A stretch of 64,000 nt of DNA. Origin: Pirellulales bacterium. GTDB taxonomy: Bacteria; Planctomycetota; Planctomycetia; Pirellulales; JANQPP01. Location of the stretch: contig JANQPP010000036.1 of assembly GCA_028289405.1 (NCBI GenBank), positions 28,297 to 92,296 of the forward strand, given 5' to 3'. Position numbers and translations under genes: made by a program. Below the pieces are notes generated by a model, which ran no database searches, was not told the origin of the DNA, and was given only the letters and a program-made list of their open reading frames with translations. Shown piece after piece: positions 19,926 to 28,835 of this stretch. The first letter of the stretch is position 1; the number at the start of each line of letters is the position of its first letter.

Positions 19926-21296
19926 TTACCACAAAAACTGGAAATAGCCGGCGGATACGAGCAAGGCTGCCGCCAGAACGGGAAGGTCGACTTCCGGCTG
20001 CCAAATGCCAAGCCGCTGCATGACGAATGCATTGAAGGGGAAGAGCAGCAATCCTACCACGGAGGCACCCAGCACGACGCCGAGTTCGCCGCCCCAATGC
20101 GCGCCAAGGGTCATGGCGATCAACTGCACGGCAATCCTTGTCGCCATCAACAAGGCCACGATGCGTGATTGCCCCACGGCGAGAACGGCGTTGGTATAGG
20201 TGTAGTTGACCACGCCTACCAAGCCACCCAGCGGCAGCAATTCCAGCATCCAGCCGGCGCTGGCATAGCGGGGATCATACAACAGGTCGATCACTTGTTG
20301 ACCGAAAAGGATGAAGAACAGGCTGCACATCCAGTTGGCGGCGATGAGAATCAGCCGGCATTTGCGGAGGTTGGTGTATAGACGTTCCGGCCGGTCCCGA
20401 TGTAGTTCCGCGAAAGAAGGAAACAAAACTCCCACACTGATTTTATCGATCGCTTCTCCGCAAGCCCGCGTGAGAAAGAATGCAATCGTATAGATGCCGA
20501 CGAATTCGATGCTAGTCAGTTTTCCCAGGATCAGGCGGTCTCCCTGGGTCACTAGGAACCCCAAGACGCTGGTGACGAAGATCCAGCGTCCGAAGCGAAA
20601 CATCTCATCAAAAGCCTCGCGGTCCCAGGTGAAGCGGTTGGAAATCCCTGGCAGCGCCGTATGGCTGAGCATCATTTTGGTCGAAGCTGTAACTAACCCT
20701 CCCGCCACGAGCGACCAAACGGACTGGTACTTCCAGGCGAAAGCGATCGTGGCCAGCAAGCCGACGGATTGGGACGACAGTTCAAGCAGCGTCAAACGGG
20801 CCAAGGAAAGTTTTCTTCGCGCGGAAGCCAGATTCGTAGAATTGAATCCGGCGATCACGGCGGTAAACCCGGTCACCGGCATGATGTACATCAGGATGGG
20901 CTGTTCATAGAACTTGGCCAGTGGCCAAGCGAGCAGGGAGCACACGGTCCAGAGGGCAAATCCACGCATGCATTGCGCCGTCCACGCCGTATTCAAGAAA
21001 CGAGGTTCGTTTCCCCGTTCATTTTGGATAATGCTGGGCGTAATACCGATGTCCGAAAACATCTGCAGGCCGGTCAGAAAAATCTGCACGATGGCCATCA
21101 GGCCGAAATACTCGGGGAAAAGCAGCCGCGTCAGAACCAAATTGCCTGCCAGGCGAATCGCCAGCGAGGCGAAATGGCCCGAGAATGTCCATAAGCCTCC
21201 AAGCGCCGCGCGCGACTTCAGCGACCGGACGGTGGAGCCGCCGCCGGCAGCAGTGGGGCTAGGGTGATCCGCGACAGTACTGCTCATGGCACACAA
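19926..21296 (-). CDS. Polysaccharide/oligosaccharide flippase (Wzx/PST family)
   Basis: 456 aa with about 12-14 TM segments. N-terminal pattern (GGLWTFSGHFASLAIRLAGNLVLTRLLFPEYFGLMAIV) is typical of PST-family flippases. First gene of the GT2 operon. Confidence 0.75.
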   Translation of the reverse strand: MCAMSSTVADHPSPTAAGGGSTVRSLKSRAALGGLWTFSGHFASLAIRLAGNLVLTRLLFPEYFGLMAIVQIFLTGLQMFSDIGITPSIIQNERGNEPRFLNTAWTAQCMRGFALWTVCSLLAWPLAKFYEQPILMYIMPVTGFTAVIAGFNSTNLASARRKLSLARLTLLELSSQSVGLLATIAFAWKYQSVWSLVAGGLVTASTKMMLSHTALPGISNRFTWDREAFDEMFRFGRWIFVTSVLGFLVTQGDRLILGKLTSIEFVGIYTIAFFLTRACGEAIDKISVGVLFPSFAELHRDRPERLYTNLRKCRLILIAANWMCSLFFILFGQQVIDLLYDPRYASAGWMLELLPLGGLVGVVNYTYTNAVLAVGQSRIVALLMATRIAVQLIAMTLGAHWGGELGVVLGASVVGLLLFPFNAFVMQRLGIWQPEVDLPVLAAALLVSAGYFQFLW

Positions 21297-21717
21297 TATC
21301 TCTGGTGAGGCCGGCCAACCGTCATAGACGGAGTCACAGGTGTTTTTCCGCGATCCGTCATGATCGTCGCCGAAGGCGGATCTCGCTAGATTTACCAGCG
21401 GAAACGGACGCTCGCTCTTACCTGTTCAGCCGTGACATCCGGCTGGAGACCGACGAAAGGGGCCGCAATCAGGTTTTCCAAACCTAGCATTCGCCAGTGG
21501 ATTTCGGACTGCTTCCACGATTTGGTGAGCCGCCATGCGTGTAGTGCAATCTCCCACATTTCTCCGACCATTTTCGCCATGCGCGTTACATCGTAGCGTG
21601 TCTCACCGGATTCGCAACGTGCCGCCTTCCGGGCCTGGCCCCGCCAGAATTGGCGCGACGGCATGCTAGCTTTTTTGTGGACCATTCCCGCAACCACTCG
21701 ATTTCGCCAAGTGGACC

Positions 21718-22875
21718 ATGGAGCATGTTCCCCGCACTACGCCGCGACGTTTGTCACCGGCCGCCACGGAAATCCAACGCCTGCCTCACACTCGATTAGG
21801 AGCGAGGTGGTTGTTGCTGGCCGCGTTCGTTCTGGCCAGTGCCTGCGTGGTGATCACTCTTTCGCCTTGGAAAACCGGGTTCGCGGACCAGGACCGGCGA
21901 CACGCCGGGGACATTGCCCTATACGCCGCCATCGTGGAAGGCATCCATGCCGGGGAGCCCTTCTATGCGGTCTCCGAAAGAGAAATGACGGAGCGCGGCT
22001 ATCCGACACGCAGCGTGTTCAATTGGCGGGCTCCCGTACCTTTGTGGTTATTTGGCCATCTACCGCAGCCGGACTGGGCGAAATTCGGATTTGGGTTGCT
22101 GGCCCTGGCGGCATTCGGTTTCGCCTTCGAATGCATGGCCCGCGAGGGAGGACTTTCGCCGGCGATTTTTGGCGGAGTGTTGCTCTTAGGTTCGCTGATG
22201 CTCGGTTTCCTGGGTGAAATTTACGTGATGTCCGTCGTTTGGTGCGGCGTATTGATCGCGATTTCACTTTGTCTGTATGGCCTGGGCCGGAATCGAGCCG
22301 CCGCGCTGGCCGGATTGGCCGCCCTGTTCACGCGGGAACTGGCTGCTCCCTATTGCGTGCTCTCCGTGATTTGGGCGCTCCGCTCTCCGCGGGCCAATCG
22401 CAGAGAGTTGCTCGTGTGGATGTGGGGAGCGGTCGTTTATGCCGAGTATTATGGCGGGCATGTCTGGCAAGTGCTCGCGCATCGTGACCTCGCCGCGATG
22501 TCACACCCGGAAGGCTGGGCCCAATTCTTGGGACTGCCATTCGTGCTTTCCTTGTTGCAGGTTCACGCCTTCTTGCTCCTCTTGCCGCAATGGATCACGG
22601 CGATTTTGTTTGCCGCTTCATTGGTTTGCTGCGCGACGTGGAATTCCGCTTGGGGGCAACGCGTCGTGCTCACGATCTGTCTCTACACGATCACCTTCGG
22701 CTGCGTAGGGCAGGACTTCAATCAATACTGGGGCGCCGTGCTGGTCCCCGCGTGGACGCTCGCCGCGGGGCGGATTCCGTCCACTTTTTACCGGCTATTT
22801 CAAACCGCCGAATTTTCTGGCGGGTGGCTGCCCAAGGTGTTCAAAGCACACGGCGGACACGCGCTTAAAGGTTGA
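21718..22875 (+). CDS. Polytopic membrane protein, GT-C-like (putative polyprenyl-phosphate-sugar-dependent glycosyltransferase)
   Basis: 385 aa with about 9-10 TM segments. The first loop carries an acidic/aromatic motif (GDIALYAAIVEGIHAGEPFY...FNWRAPVPLWLF) that resembles the DUF2029/GT87 style. Assignment is by architecture and context only. Confidence 0.5.
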   Translation: MEHVPRTTPRRLSPAATEIQRLPHTRLGARWLLLAAFVLASACVVITLSPWKTGFADQDRRHAGDIALYAAIVEGIHAGEPFYAVSEREMTERGYPTRSVFNWRAPVPLWLFGHLPQPDWAKFGFGLLALAAFGFAFECMAREGGLSPAIFGGVLLLGSLMLGFLGEIYVMSVVWCGVLIAISLCLYGLGRNRAAALAGLAALFTRELAAPYCVLSVIWALRSPRANRRELLVWMWGAVVYAEYYGGHVWQVLAHRDLAAMSHPEGWAQFLGLPFVLSLLQVHAFLLLLPQWITAILFAASLVCCATWNSAWGQRVVLTICLYTITFGCVGQDFNQYWGAVLVPAWTLAAGRIPSTFYRLFQTAEFSGGWLPKVFKAHGGHALKG

Positions 22876-23020
22876 CGGCGGTGAAAACCGCATCAAACAA
22901 CCGGCGCACGCGGAATATTCGGCGCATTCGAGATTGCTGGGATTCTCCGCCGGAGTCGCGATGACGTTGCGGGAACTAAGCTAGCCTTTTCTATAGCCCA
23001 AACTCGGGCTGATTTCGCTG

Positions 23021-24445
23021 GTGCACCATCGCTTCCGCCTCACTCGGCCCGAACGCATGATCTCGTCCCAAACGGCGGCCTGGTTTTTCTACGTCATGCT
23101 CGGTGCCGTGCTGCATCTCACTTATGGCACGTACCACCCGCAAGGCGTATTGATTCTGGCCGGGAGTTTTGCCGTGTTCGCGGTCGCCATGCTTTCGCGG
23201 CGTCCAACTCCGAACCAGTCCGCCGGTGATGCCTTTCCTTTCACGACGGAAAGCATATTACTCGGGGTTTGGGCCTTGGCTTGCGTGCAGTTGGCGGTCT
23301 CGCCCCGCTTAGTCACGGCCACTGGAGATATTTGGGAAGGCGCACTGCGCGCCTCCCTCGGGTTGCTGGCACTGGGCAGCACCTGGGCATTTCTCAGCTC
23401 AGTTAGGGACGAGGAGCCGGTGACGATACCCTGGTCCGCCTTGGGGCTCGCATCGGGACTCATACTGGCGGCGCGAGTGGCCACGCTGTGGGCCACACCG
23501 GAACCACAAATCGACGTGTTCGTGACCAATTCCCTGGCTTGCGACTATCTGGCGGAGGGTGTCAATCCCTACTCCGCCTGGTACCCCGATATCTACGATG
23601 GAAAGTTTGGTTACGCGCCGGGTTTCTTTTATTGGCCCGCGTATCTCATCTGGGCAGCACCTTATCGCTGGCTGCTGTTGGATATCCGCTATGCGGCCTT
23701 CACTGCCGACATCGTGACCGCGTTTTCGTTGGGATTCATCGCCCTGAAAGCAGGTGCCGCGCCCCGCATGGCTGCCTTATGCGGGCTGATATGGCTCAGC
23801 CACCCAGCGAGTTTGCTGGTTATGGAATTGGCCTGGATCGATCCCGTACTGATCGCGGCCATGGCGGTATGCCTGCTACTGTTGGTTCATGAGAAATGGC
23901 TTGGTTTGGGGCTGTTGTTGGGGACCACGGCGGCCGTGAAACAGTATGGCGGAGTCGCGGCGGCCCTGTATTTCCCTTACCTGTGGATTCGCCACCGGGA
24001 ACGGCTGCCCGGCGTCTTCCTCATCACGGGGCTGAGTTGGGCCGCGTGGCTCTCCCCGTTCGTGTTCAACGATGCAGGCAGCTTCCTGTCGCGGACGGTT
24101 GGCGTTTATCTCCATGCTCCGGCTCGCAGTGACTCCCTCTCGCTGGTTTCGTGGCTGAAACACGGCTGGGATTGGCAGGTTCCAGGCGGCCTGCTGCTCG
24201 TCCTTTACCTGGCCACATTGGCCGGCGCCGTGGCCTGGCTGACGCGCGTGCGTGAATTACGCCCTGCGGATTTGATGGGCGCTACCGCCGTGGTGTTTGG
24301 CGTGGTGTTTCTCTGTGGGCGCCTCGCCTTTTGCAACTACTACTTCGTGGTGGCGTTTCTCACGCTGGCCTATTGCGTCTTGAGTTTGCGACCGCCCAGC
24401 GCGGCGTCCGGAAACTCGCCGATCAGGAGACCCGCGACATGTTAA
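23021..24445 (+). CDS. GT-C fold membrane glycosyltransferase (DUF2029/GT87-like)
   Basis: 474 aa with 11 or more TM segments. First periplasmic loop is PEPQIDVFVTNSLACDYLAEGVNPYS...YGYAPGFFYWP. GTG start at 23021; ATG 23057 is an alternative. Confidence 0.6.
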   Translation: MHHRFRLTRPERMISSQTAAWFFYVMLGAVLHLTYGTYHPQGVLILAGSFAVFAVAMLSRRPTPNQSAGDAFPFTTESILLGVWALACVQLAVSPRLVTATGDIWEGALRASLGLLALGSTWAFLSSVRDEEPVTIPWSALGLASGLILAARVATLWATPEPQIDVFVTNSLACDYLAEGVNPYSAWYPDIYDGKFGYAPGFFYWPAYLIWAAPYRWLLLDIRYAAFTADIVTAFSLGFIALKAGAAPRMAALCGLIWLSHPASLLVMELAWIDPVLIAAMAVCLLLLVHEKWLGLGLLLGTTAAVKQYGGVAAALYFPYLWIRHRERLPGVFLITGLSWAAWLSPFVFNDAGSFLSRTVGVYLHAPARSDSLSLVSWLKHGWDWQVPGGLLLVLYLATLAGAVAWLTRVRELRPADLMGATAVVFGVVFLCGRLAFCNYYFVVAFLTLAYCVLSLRPPSAASGNSPIRRPATC

Positions 24446-25053
24446 AGATGGCTGATGTGACGGCAATACTCGACGTGCCGGCGGTGTACTCGATTTGGCA
24501 GCGGCCATTTGTCGAGGAGAAATTGGCCCCACTGTTGCGGCACAACGACCTGCGATCGGCGCGGCGCGTGCTCGATGTCGGCTGCGGTCCCGGCACGAAT
24601 GCACCGCTGTTCGAAGGGATGGACGGATATCTGGGATTGGATCTCAATCCGCGTTATGTCGCCACGGCACGTCGAAAGTACGGACCGAAATTTCGCGTGG
24701 CAGACGTCCGGCTATACACCGCGCGGGGAGGCGAGGAATTCGACTTCATCCTGATAAACAGCCTGCTGCACCACCTCGACGATGAAGAGGTCGTGCATAT
24801 TTTGACACAAATGGAACGACAGCTCACTCCGGACGGACATGTCCACATCTTGGACCTTGTCTTGCCATCCGAGCGGGGGATCTCTCGCTGGTTGGCTCTC
24901 CACGACCGTGGAGATCACGCCCGCCCTTTAGAGCGATGGCGAGAGTTGTTCCAAAGCGTGTTCGAAACCGAGGTTTTTGAACCGTATGACGTGAATGGCT
25001 GGGGCAAACCGTTGTGGCGAATGGTCTACTTCAAGGGAGGCCCAAAGTCATGA
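24439..25053 (+). CDS. Class I SAM-dependent methyltransferase
   Basis: VLDVGCGPGTN motif I and FILINSLLHHL. Start trimmed to ATG 24439 (AGGAG 9 nt upstream), which overlaps the preceding gene end by 7 nt. Confidence 0.75.
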   Translation: MLKMADVTAILDVPAVYSIWQRPFVEEKLAPLLRHNDLRSARRVLDVGCGPGTNAPLFEGMDGYLGLDLNPRYVATARRKYGPKFRVADVRLYTARGGEEFDFILINSLLHHLDDEEVVHILTQMERQLTPDGHVHILDLVLPSERGISRWLALHDRGDHARPLERWRELFQSVFETEVFEPYDVNGWGKPLWRMVYFKGGPKS

Positions 25054-26054
25054 CTTCCGCACCGAGCGTCTCGGTCGCCATTCCTGTTTTCAACGAAGAG
25101 TTGACGCTGCCGGAACTGCATCGTCGTGTGGGCGGTGTCTTGGATGACCTGCCCGGAGGTCCGCACGAGATTGTTTTCGTGGACGACGGCAGCAGCGACG
25201 GCACCTGGGAATATCTGGAAGCACTGGTGGCCATTGACCCTCGGGTTCGCGCGATTTCCTTGTCCCGCAATTTTGGCCACCAAGCGGCGTTGAGCGCGGC
25301 TTTGGATGCGGTGTCGGGGGACGTGGTGGTCGTGATGGATGGCGATTTGCAAGATCTGCCGGAATCCATTCCCCGATTCTTGGAAGAGTGGCGACGCGGA
25401 CACGACGTGGTGTACGCCATACGTGTGCAGCGCAAGGAAGGGCTTGTCCTGCGGACCTGCTATGCCCTGTTCTATCGCCTGATCGCCCGATTGTCCCAAG
25501 TTCAATTGCCGATCGGCGCGGGAGACTTTTCGCTCATGTCACGGCGCGTGGTGGAATTGCTCCGCCGCCAGCGCGAGTCGCATCGTTATATCCGCGGCCT
25601 GCGAACATGGATCGGTTTCAGGCAGATCGGGGTTCCGGTGGAGCGGGATCCTCGTTTCGCCGGCGAATCGAAATACGGCTGGTCGAAGTTGTTCCGCCTG
25701 GCATTTGATGGGATCTTTTCCTTCTCGATATTGCCGCTGCGGGCCGCTTCGGTATTCGGCGGTGTGACGGTTTTGGCTTCGCTGGCATTCTCTTGCTACG
25801 CACTGTACGCCAAATTGTTTCTCAGCCAATCTCCCCAGGGGTTCACGGCCCTCTTGTTGCTGATGGCGTTTCTCTCCGGAACGCAACTTCTTTTTTTGGG
25901 GGTCATCGGCGAGTACCTCGGGCGGGTCTACGAGGAAGTCAAACGCCGGCCCTTGTACATCGTGGACCAAGATTTGCGGAATGGCGAAACGGCCGCCCCC
26001 CTCCCGCGTGGCCAGGGGAATGTGGCAACCCGGCTGCAACCAGAACAGGTTTAA
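25050..26054 (+). CDS. Polyprenyl-phosphate glycosyltransferase (GT2; GtrB/ArnC/Dpm1-like)
   Basis: VSVAIPVFNEE...VFVDDGSSDGT...SRNFGHQAAL...DGDLQD, plus two C-terminal TM helices. ATGA overlap with the upstream methyltransferase. AAGGGAGG SD. Confidence 0.85.
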   Translation: MTSAPSVSVAIPVFNEELTLPELHRRVGGVLDDLPGGPHEIVFVDDGSSDGTWEYLEALVAIDPRVRAISLSRNFGHQAALSAALDAVSGDVVVVMDGDLQDLPESIPRFLEEWRRGHDVVYAIRVQRKEGLVLRTCYALFYRLIARLSQVQLPIGAGDFSLMSRRVVELLRRQRESHRYIRGLRTWIGFRQIGVPVERDPRFAGESKYGWSKLFRLAFDGIFSFSILPLRAASVFGGVTVLASLAFSCYALYAKLFLSQSPQGFTALLLLMAFLSGTQLLFLGVIGEYLGRVYEEVKRRPLYIVDQDLRNGETAAPLPRGQGNVATRLQPEQV

Positions 26055-26060
26055 GCGACG

Positions 26061-26888
26061 ATGGACCCGGCTTACGCTAAGGCTTACCGCGAACTGCATG
26101 AGCGCCATTGGTGGTGGCGCGTACGTCGGGAAGTCGTACTCCGAACGCTGCGCGGGGAGCTTACGCCAAGTTCCGCATCGCCTGGCCATCCAAGGCGGAT
26201 CTTGGATGTGGGCTGTGGGGAAGGCCTGTTCTTCGATGATCTCGCCAGGTTCGGCGAAGTTCATGGCGTGGAGATGGATCCGTCGCTCGCCGAGGGAAAT
26301 CCCCGCTGGTCTTCGCGAATACATTGCGGTCCCTTCGATGAGCAATTTCAGCCCGACACGCAATTCGACGCGATCTTGCTGTTGGACGTGCTGGAACACC
26401 TTCCTCATCCGCGCGCCGCATTGCAGCATGCGCGTCGTTTGCTAGCGCCGACCGGTTTTTTGTTGATTACCGTGCCGGCGTTCCGCTGGCTGTGGACCAG
26501 CCATGATGATCTGAACCATCACTTCACGCGTTACTCGTCGAAGTCGCTCCGCCAATTGCTGCGGGAGACCGGCTGGGCGGGTAGCGATTTGCGGTACTTT
26601 TTTCGCTGGACGGTTCCCGCCAAACTTGCCGTGCGTTTCAAGGAACGCCTCTTCGGCGGTGAAGGCCGGCCCCCGCGCGTGCCGCCGGAGCCGGTGAATC
26701 GGTGCCTACAGCGAGTGACTCGTTGGGAAGAGAGGCTCGGGCGTCGGCTTCCCTGGTGGCCCGGTTCGTCGCTGCTGTGCGTGGCCAGACCGCTCCCTGT
26801 GAAAGATGCACCACTTCCGCGCGAATTCCACCCTGCCCCCCTTTCGGAAGTAATCTCGCTCGATTCCCCCGCCGAAACCGTGAGCTGA
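26061..26888 (+). CDS. Class I SAM-dependent methyltransferase (Methyltransf_11/23-like)
   Basis: ILDVGCGEGLF motif I, DAILLLDVLEHLP and GFLLITVP. Confidence 0.75.
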   Translation: MDPAYAKAYRELHERHWWWRVRREVVLRTLRGELTPSSASPGHPRRILDVGCGEGLFFDDLARFGEVHGVEMDPSLAEGNPRWSSRIHCGPFDEQFQPDTQFDAILLLDVLEHLPHPRAALQHARRLLAPTGFLLITVPAFRWLWTSHDDLNHHFTRYSSKSLRQLLRETGWAGSDLRYFFRWTVPAKLAVRFKERLFGGEGRPPRVPPEPVNRCLQRVTRWEERLGRRLPWWPGSSLLCVARPLPVKDAPLPREFHPAPLSEVISLDSPAETVS

Positions 26889-27020
26889 TCCCCGCCGTGG
26901 ATGCCGTGCGGGAGGACCACCTAGAGCGTCCTGGGGAACACTGATATGCTGACGGTCCAAGATGCTGCGGCCTCAGTCAGCAAAAACCTCTCTGAAATTT
27001 CATTGCAAGGAGCAAGGAAG

Positions 27021-28409
27021 ATGAGCGTGACGGCGGAATCGATGCTCGCGTGGTGCCGCCGGTTGGTCGGTGCGGACTCCGATTCATCGCAATTGGATTT
27101 GGAAGATTATCTGAGCGCTATTCCGCGTTTGGCGTCTTTGGGTGATCTCCCTGCGGGAACTCCCGTGCTCATCCGAGGCGATGTCGATGCCAAGCCGGGC
27201 TCGCAAATTGGCGAGGGAGATATCCGTCTGCGTTCGATGCTGGAGACGTTGAAATTTGGCCGTGAATCTGGCTGGAAACAGGTCATTTTCGGGCATATCG
27301 GGCGGAAGCCGGAAGGCTCCCTGGAAAAAGTTGCCGGCCGCCTGGGCCAGCTCCTGGAATCTGACGTGCCGTTGATTACGGATTGGTTGGACGAGAAGAC
27401 GCTGTCGATCGCCGATCACGCTGCGGAGAAAATCGCCTCACTTCCGAACGGAGGAGTCGCGGTCCTGGAAAATACACGCCGCTACGACATCGAACGGGTG
27501 TTGTGGAAAGCGAAACCGGATGATCTGCCTCCGCTCGCGGAAAAGCTAGCCCAGATCGCCTCGCAATTCCGTGAACGCGTCGCGAAGGTTTACATCAACG
27601 AAGCCCTCTCCGCCGGTAGCCTGGATGCCTCCAGCACGGTGGTTCCTGCCGCGATGGATCACGCGGTGCTGGGAAGCTACGTGGCACGTGAATTCGAAGG
27701 GCCGATGAAACGTTGTCGTGAGGCGGAACTGGTCGTCTTTAGTGGACTGAAGGCGGACAAGCTGGACGATATGGAAGCCATGATTTCTCGTGGCCGTATT
27801 CGTTGGGTATTCACCGCCGGCTCGTTGGCCATGGCCCTCAAAAAGGCCGCCGCTGAACTGGACGGTTCGGAGTTCTGCATGGGCGTGGCTGAACATCCGG
27901 AGCATGCGGATAAGCCTTACTTCATTCCACGGGAACGGATTGATCAAGCCAAACGGATGATCACTTCCGGCAGAGAGCAGGGAATTCAGTTCGTGCTACC
28001 GGTGGATTTTGTGTTGCAGGACGGCCGCGTCGCCGAGTCGATGGAGCCCAATGATCAGCAGTTCGACGTGGGACCGAAGACGAGCGACCATTTCGAGGAA
28101 AAAATTGGCCAGTTCCTGGAACAGGGCGGGACGTCAGACCGGGCTGCCTTCTACAACGGTGTCTTTGGCATGTTTGAGGACGCTCGCTTCGAAGGAGGGA
28201 CCAAACGGTTTGTCTCTCAACTCAAACGGCTACATGATGCGGGCGTCGCCGTCTTCGTGGGTGGTGGAGAAGGTGGCAAGGCCCTGGACAAGTACGGCCA
28301 GCCAGATTGGGTCACGCACGTCTTCACCGCCGGCGGGACCGTGCTCAATGCATTGGGTGGGGAGCCGATACCGTATTTGGTCGCGCTCAAAATGGCCGCC
28401 GAGCAGTAG
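27021..28409 (+). CDS. Divergent phosphoglycerate-kinase-fold protein
   Basis: Colinear with PGK motifs but altered. VLIRGDVDAKP corresponds to R.D.NVP. FGHIGRKPEG corresponds to SHLGRP. VLENTRRY corresponds to LEN.RF. SGLKADKL corresponds to GGAKV.DK. YNGVFGMFE corresponds to WNGP.GVFE. VGGGEG corresponds to GGGD. FTAGGTVLNAL corresponds to STGGGA.LE.L. Start trimmed to ATG 27021 (AGGAG/AGGAAG upstream). Confidence 0.7.
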   Translation: MSVTAESMLAWCRRLVGADSDSSQLDLEDYLSAIPRLASLGDLPAGTPVLIRGDVDAKPGSQIGEGDIRLRSMLETLKFGRESGWKQVIFGHIGRKPEGSLEKVAGRLGQLLESDVPLITDWLDEKTLSIADHAAEKIASLPNGGVAVLENTRRYDIERVLWKAKPDDLPPLAEKLAQIASQFRERVAKVYINEALSAGSLDASSTVVPAAMDHAVLGSYVAREFEGPMKRCREAELVVFSGLKADKLDDMEAMISRGRIRWVFTAGSLAMALKKAAAELDGSEFCMGVAEHPEHADKPYFIPRERIDQAKRMITSGREQGIQFVLPVDFVLQDGRVAESMEPNDQQFDVGPKTSDHFEEKIGQFLEQGGTSDRAAFYNGVFGMFEDARFEGGTKRFVSQLKRLHDAGVAVFVGGGEGGKALDKYGQPDWVTHVFTAGGTVLNALGGEPIPYLVALKMAAEQ

Positions 28410-28514
28410 CCTTCCTGGCGGCGGATACGCACGCATGTTCCGCCGGTCCATGACCGTTTGATTTCAGCCATGGTGGGCAAGTATGCGAGGTGTCCGCTTC
28501 GTACGCGAGCTATT

Positions 28515-28835
28515 TCATGCGGGGGACAAACGGACCCGGCGGCAGGCGTCAAACAAGACTTCGTAGGCCGCACGGATCTCGCTTTCTGGACGATCGGATT
28601 TTATCGCGTCTTCAAGGGTGGCAGCGTACGCCGTGATCTGGCCGAATCCATAACTGCCCGCGGCCCCTTTGAGCTGATGCGCGTGTGTTTGGAGGGCTTT
28701 CCAATCCTCCGCCTCGTAATGTGCTGCCAGTGATTTGGTACGTTCCGGCATCTCATCCACGAACATTTCGACAATCTCGAGGAGTTCCGGGTCATCGGAC
28801 AATTCCGAGTAGAGATATTCAATGACTTCAGTCAT
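28515..28835 (-). CDS. Single-domain histidine phosphotransfer (HPt) protein
   Basis: 106 aa from ATG 28835. Canonical HAHQLKGAAGSYGF phospho-His motif. Confidence 0.8.
   Translation of the reverse strand: MTEVIEYLYSELSDDPELLEIVEMFVDEMPERTKSLAAHYEAEDWKALQTHAHQLKGAAGSYGFGQITAYAATLEDAIKSDRPESEIRAAYEVLFDACRRVRLSPA

Noticed and set aside
21392-21697. 101-aa reverse-strand ORF in the divergent spacer of the glycan locus (possible 62-aa core MAKMVGEMWEIALHAWRL...VRFRW)
   Set aside because: Codon third-position GC is gene-like, so it might be real. However, I recognise no family, there is no clear SD, and it lies where two divergent promoters are expected. This is not enough support to call a feature.
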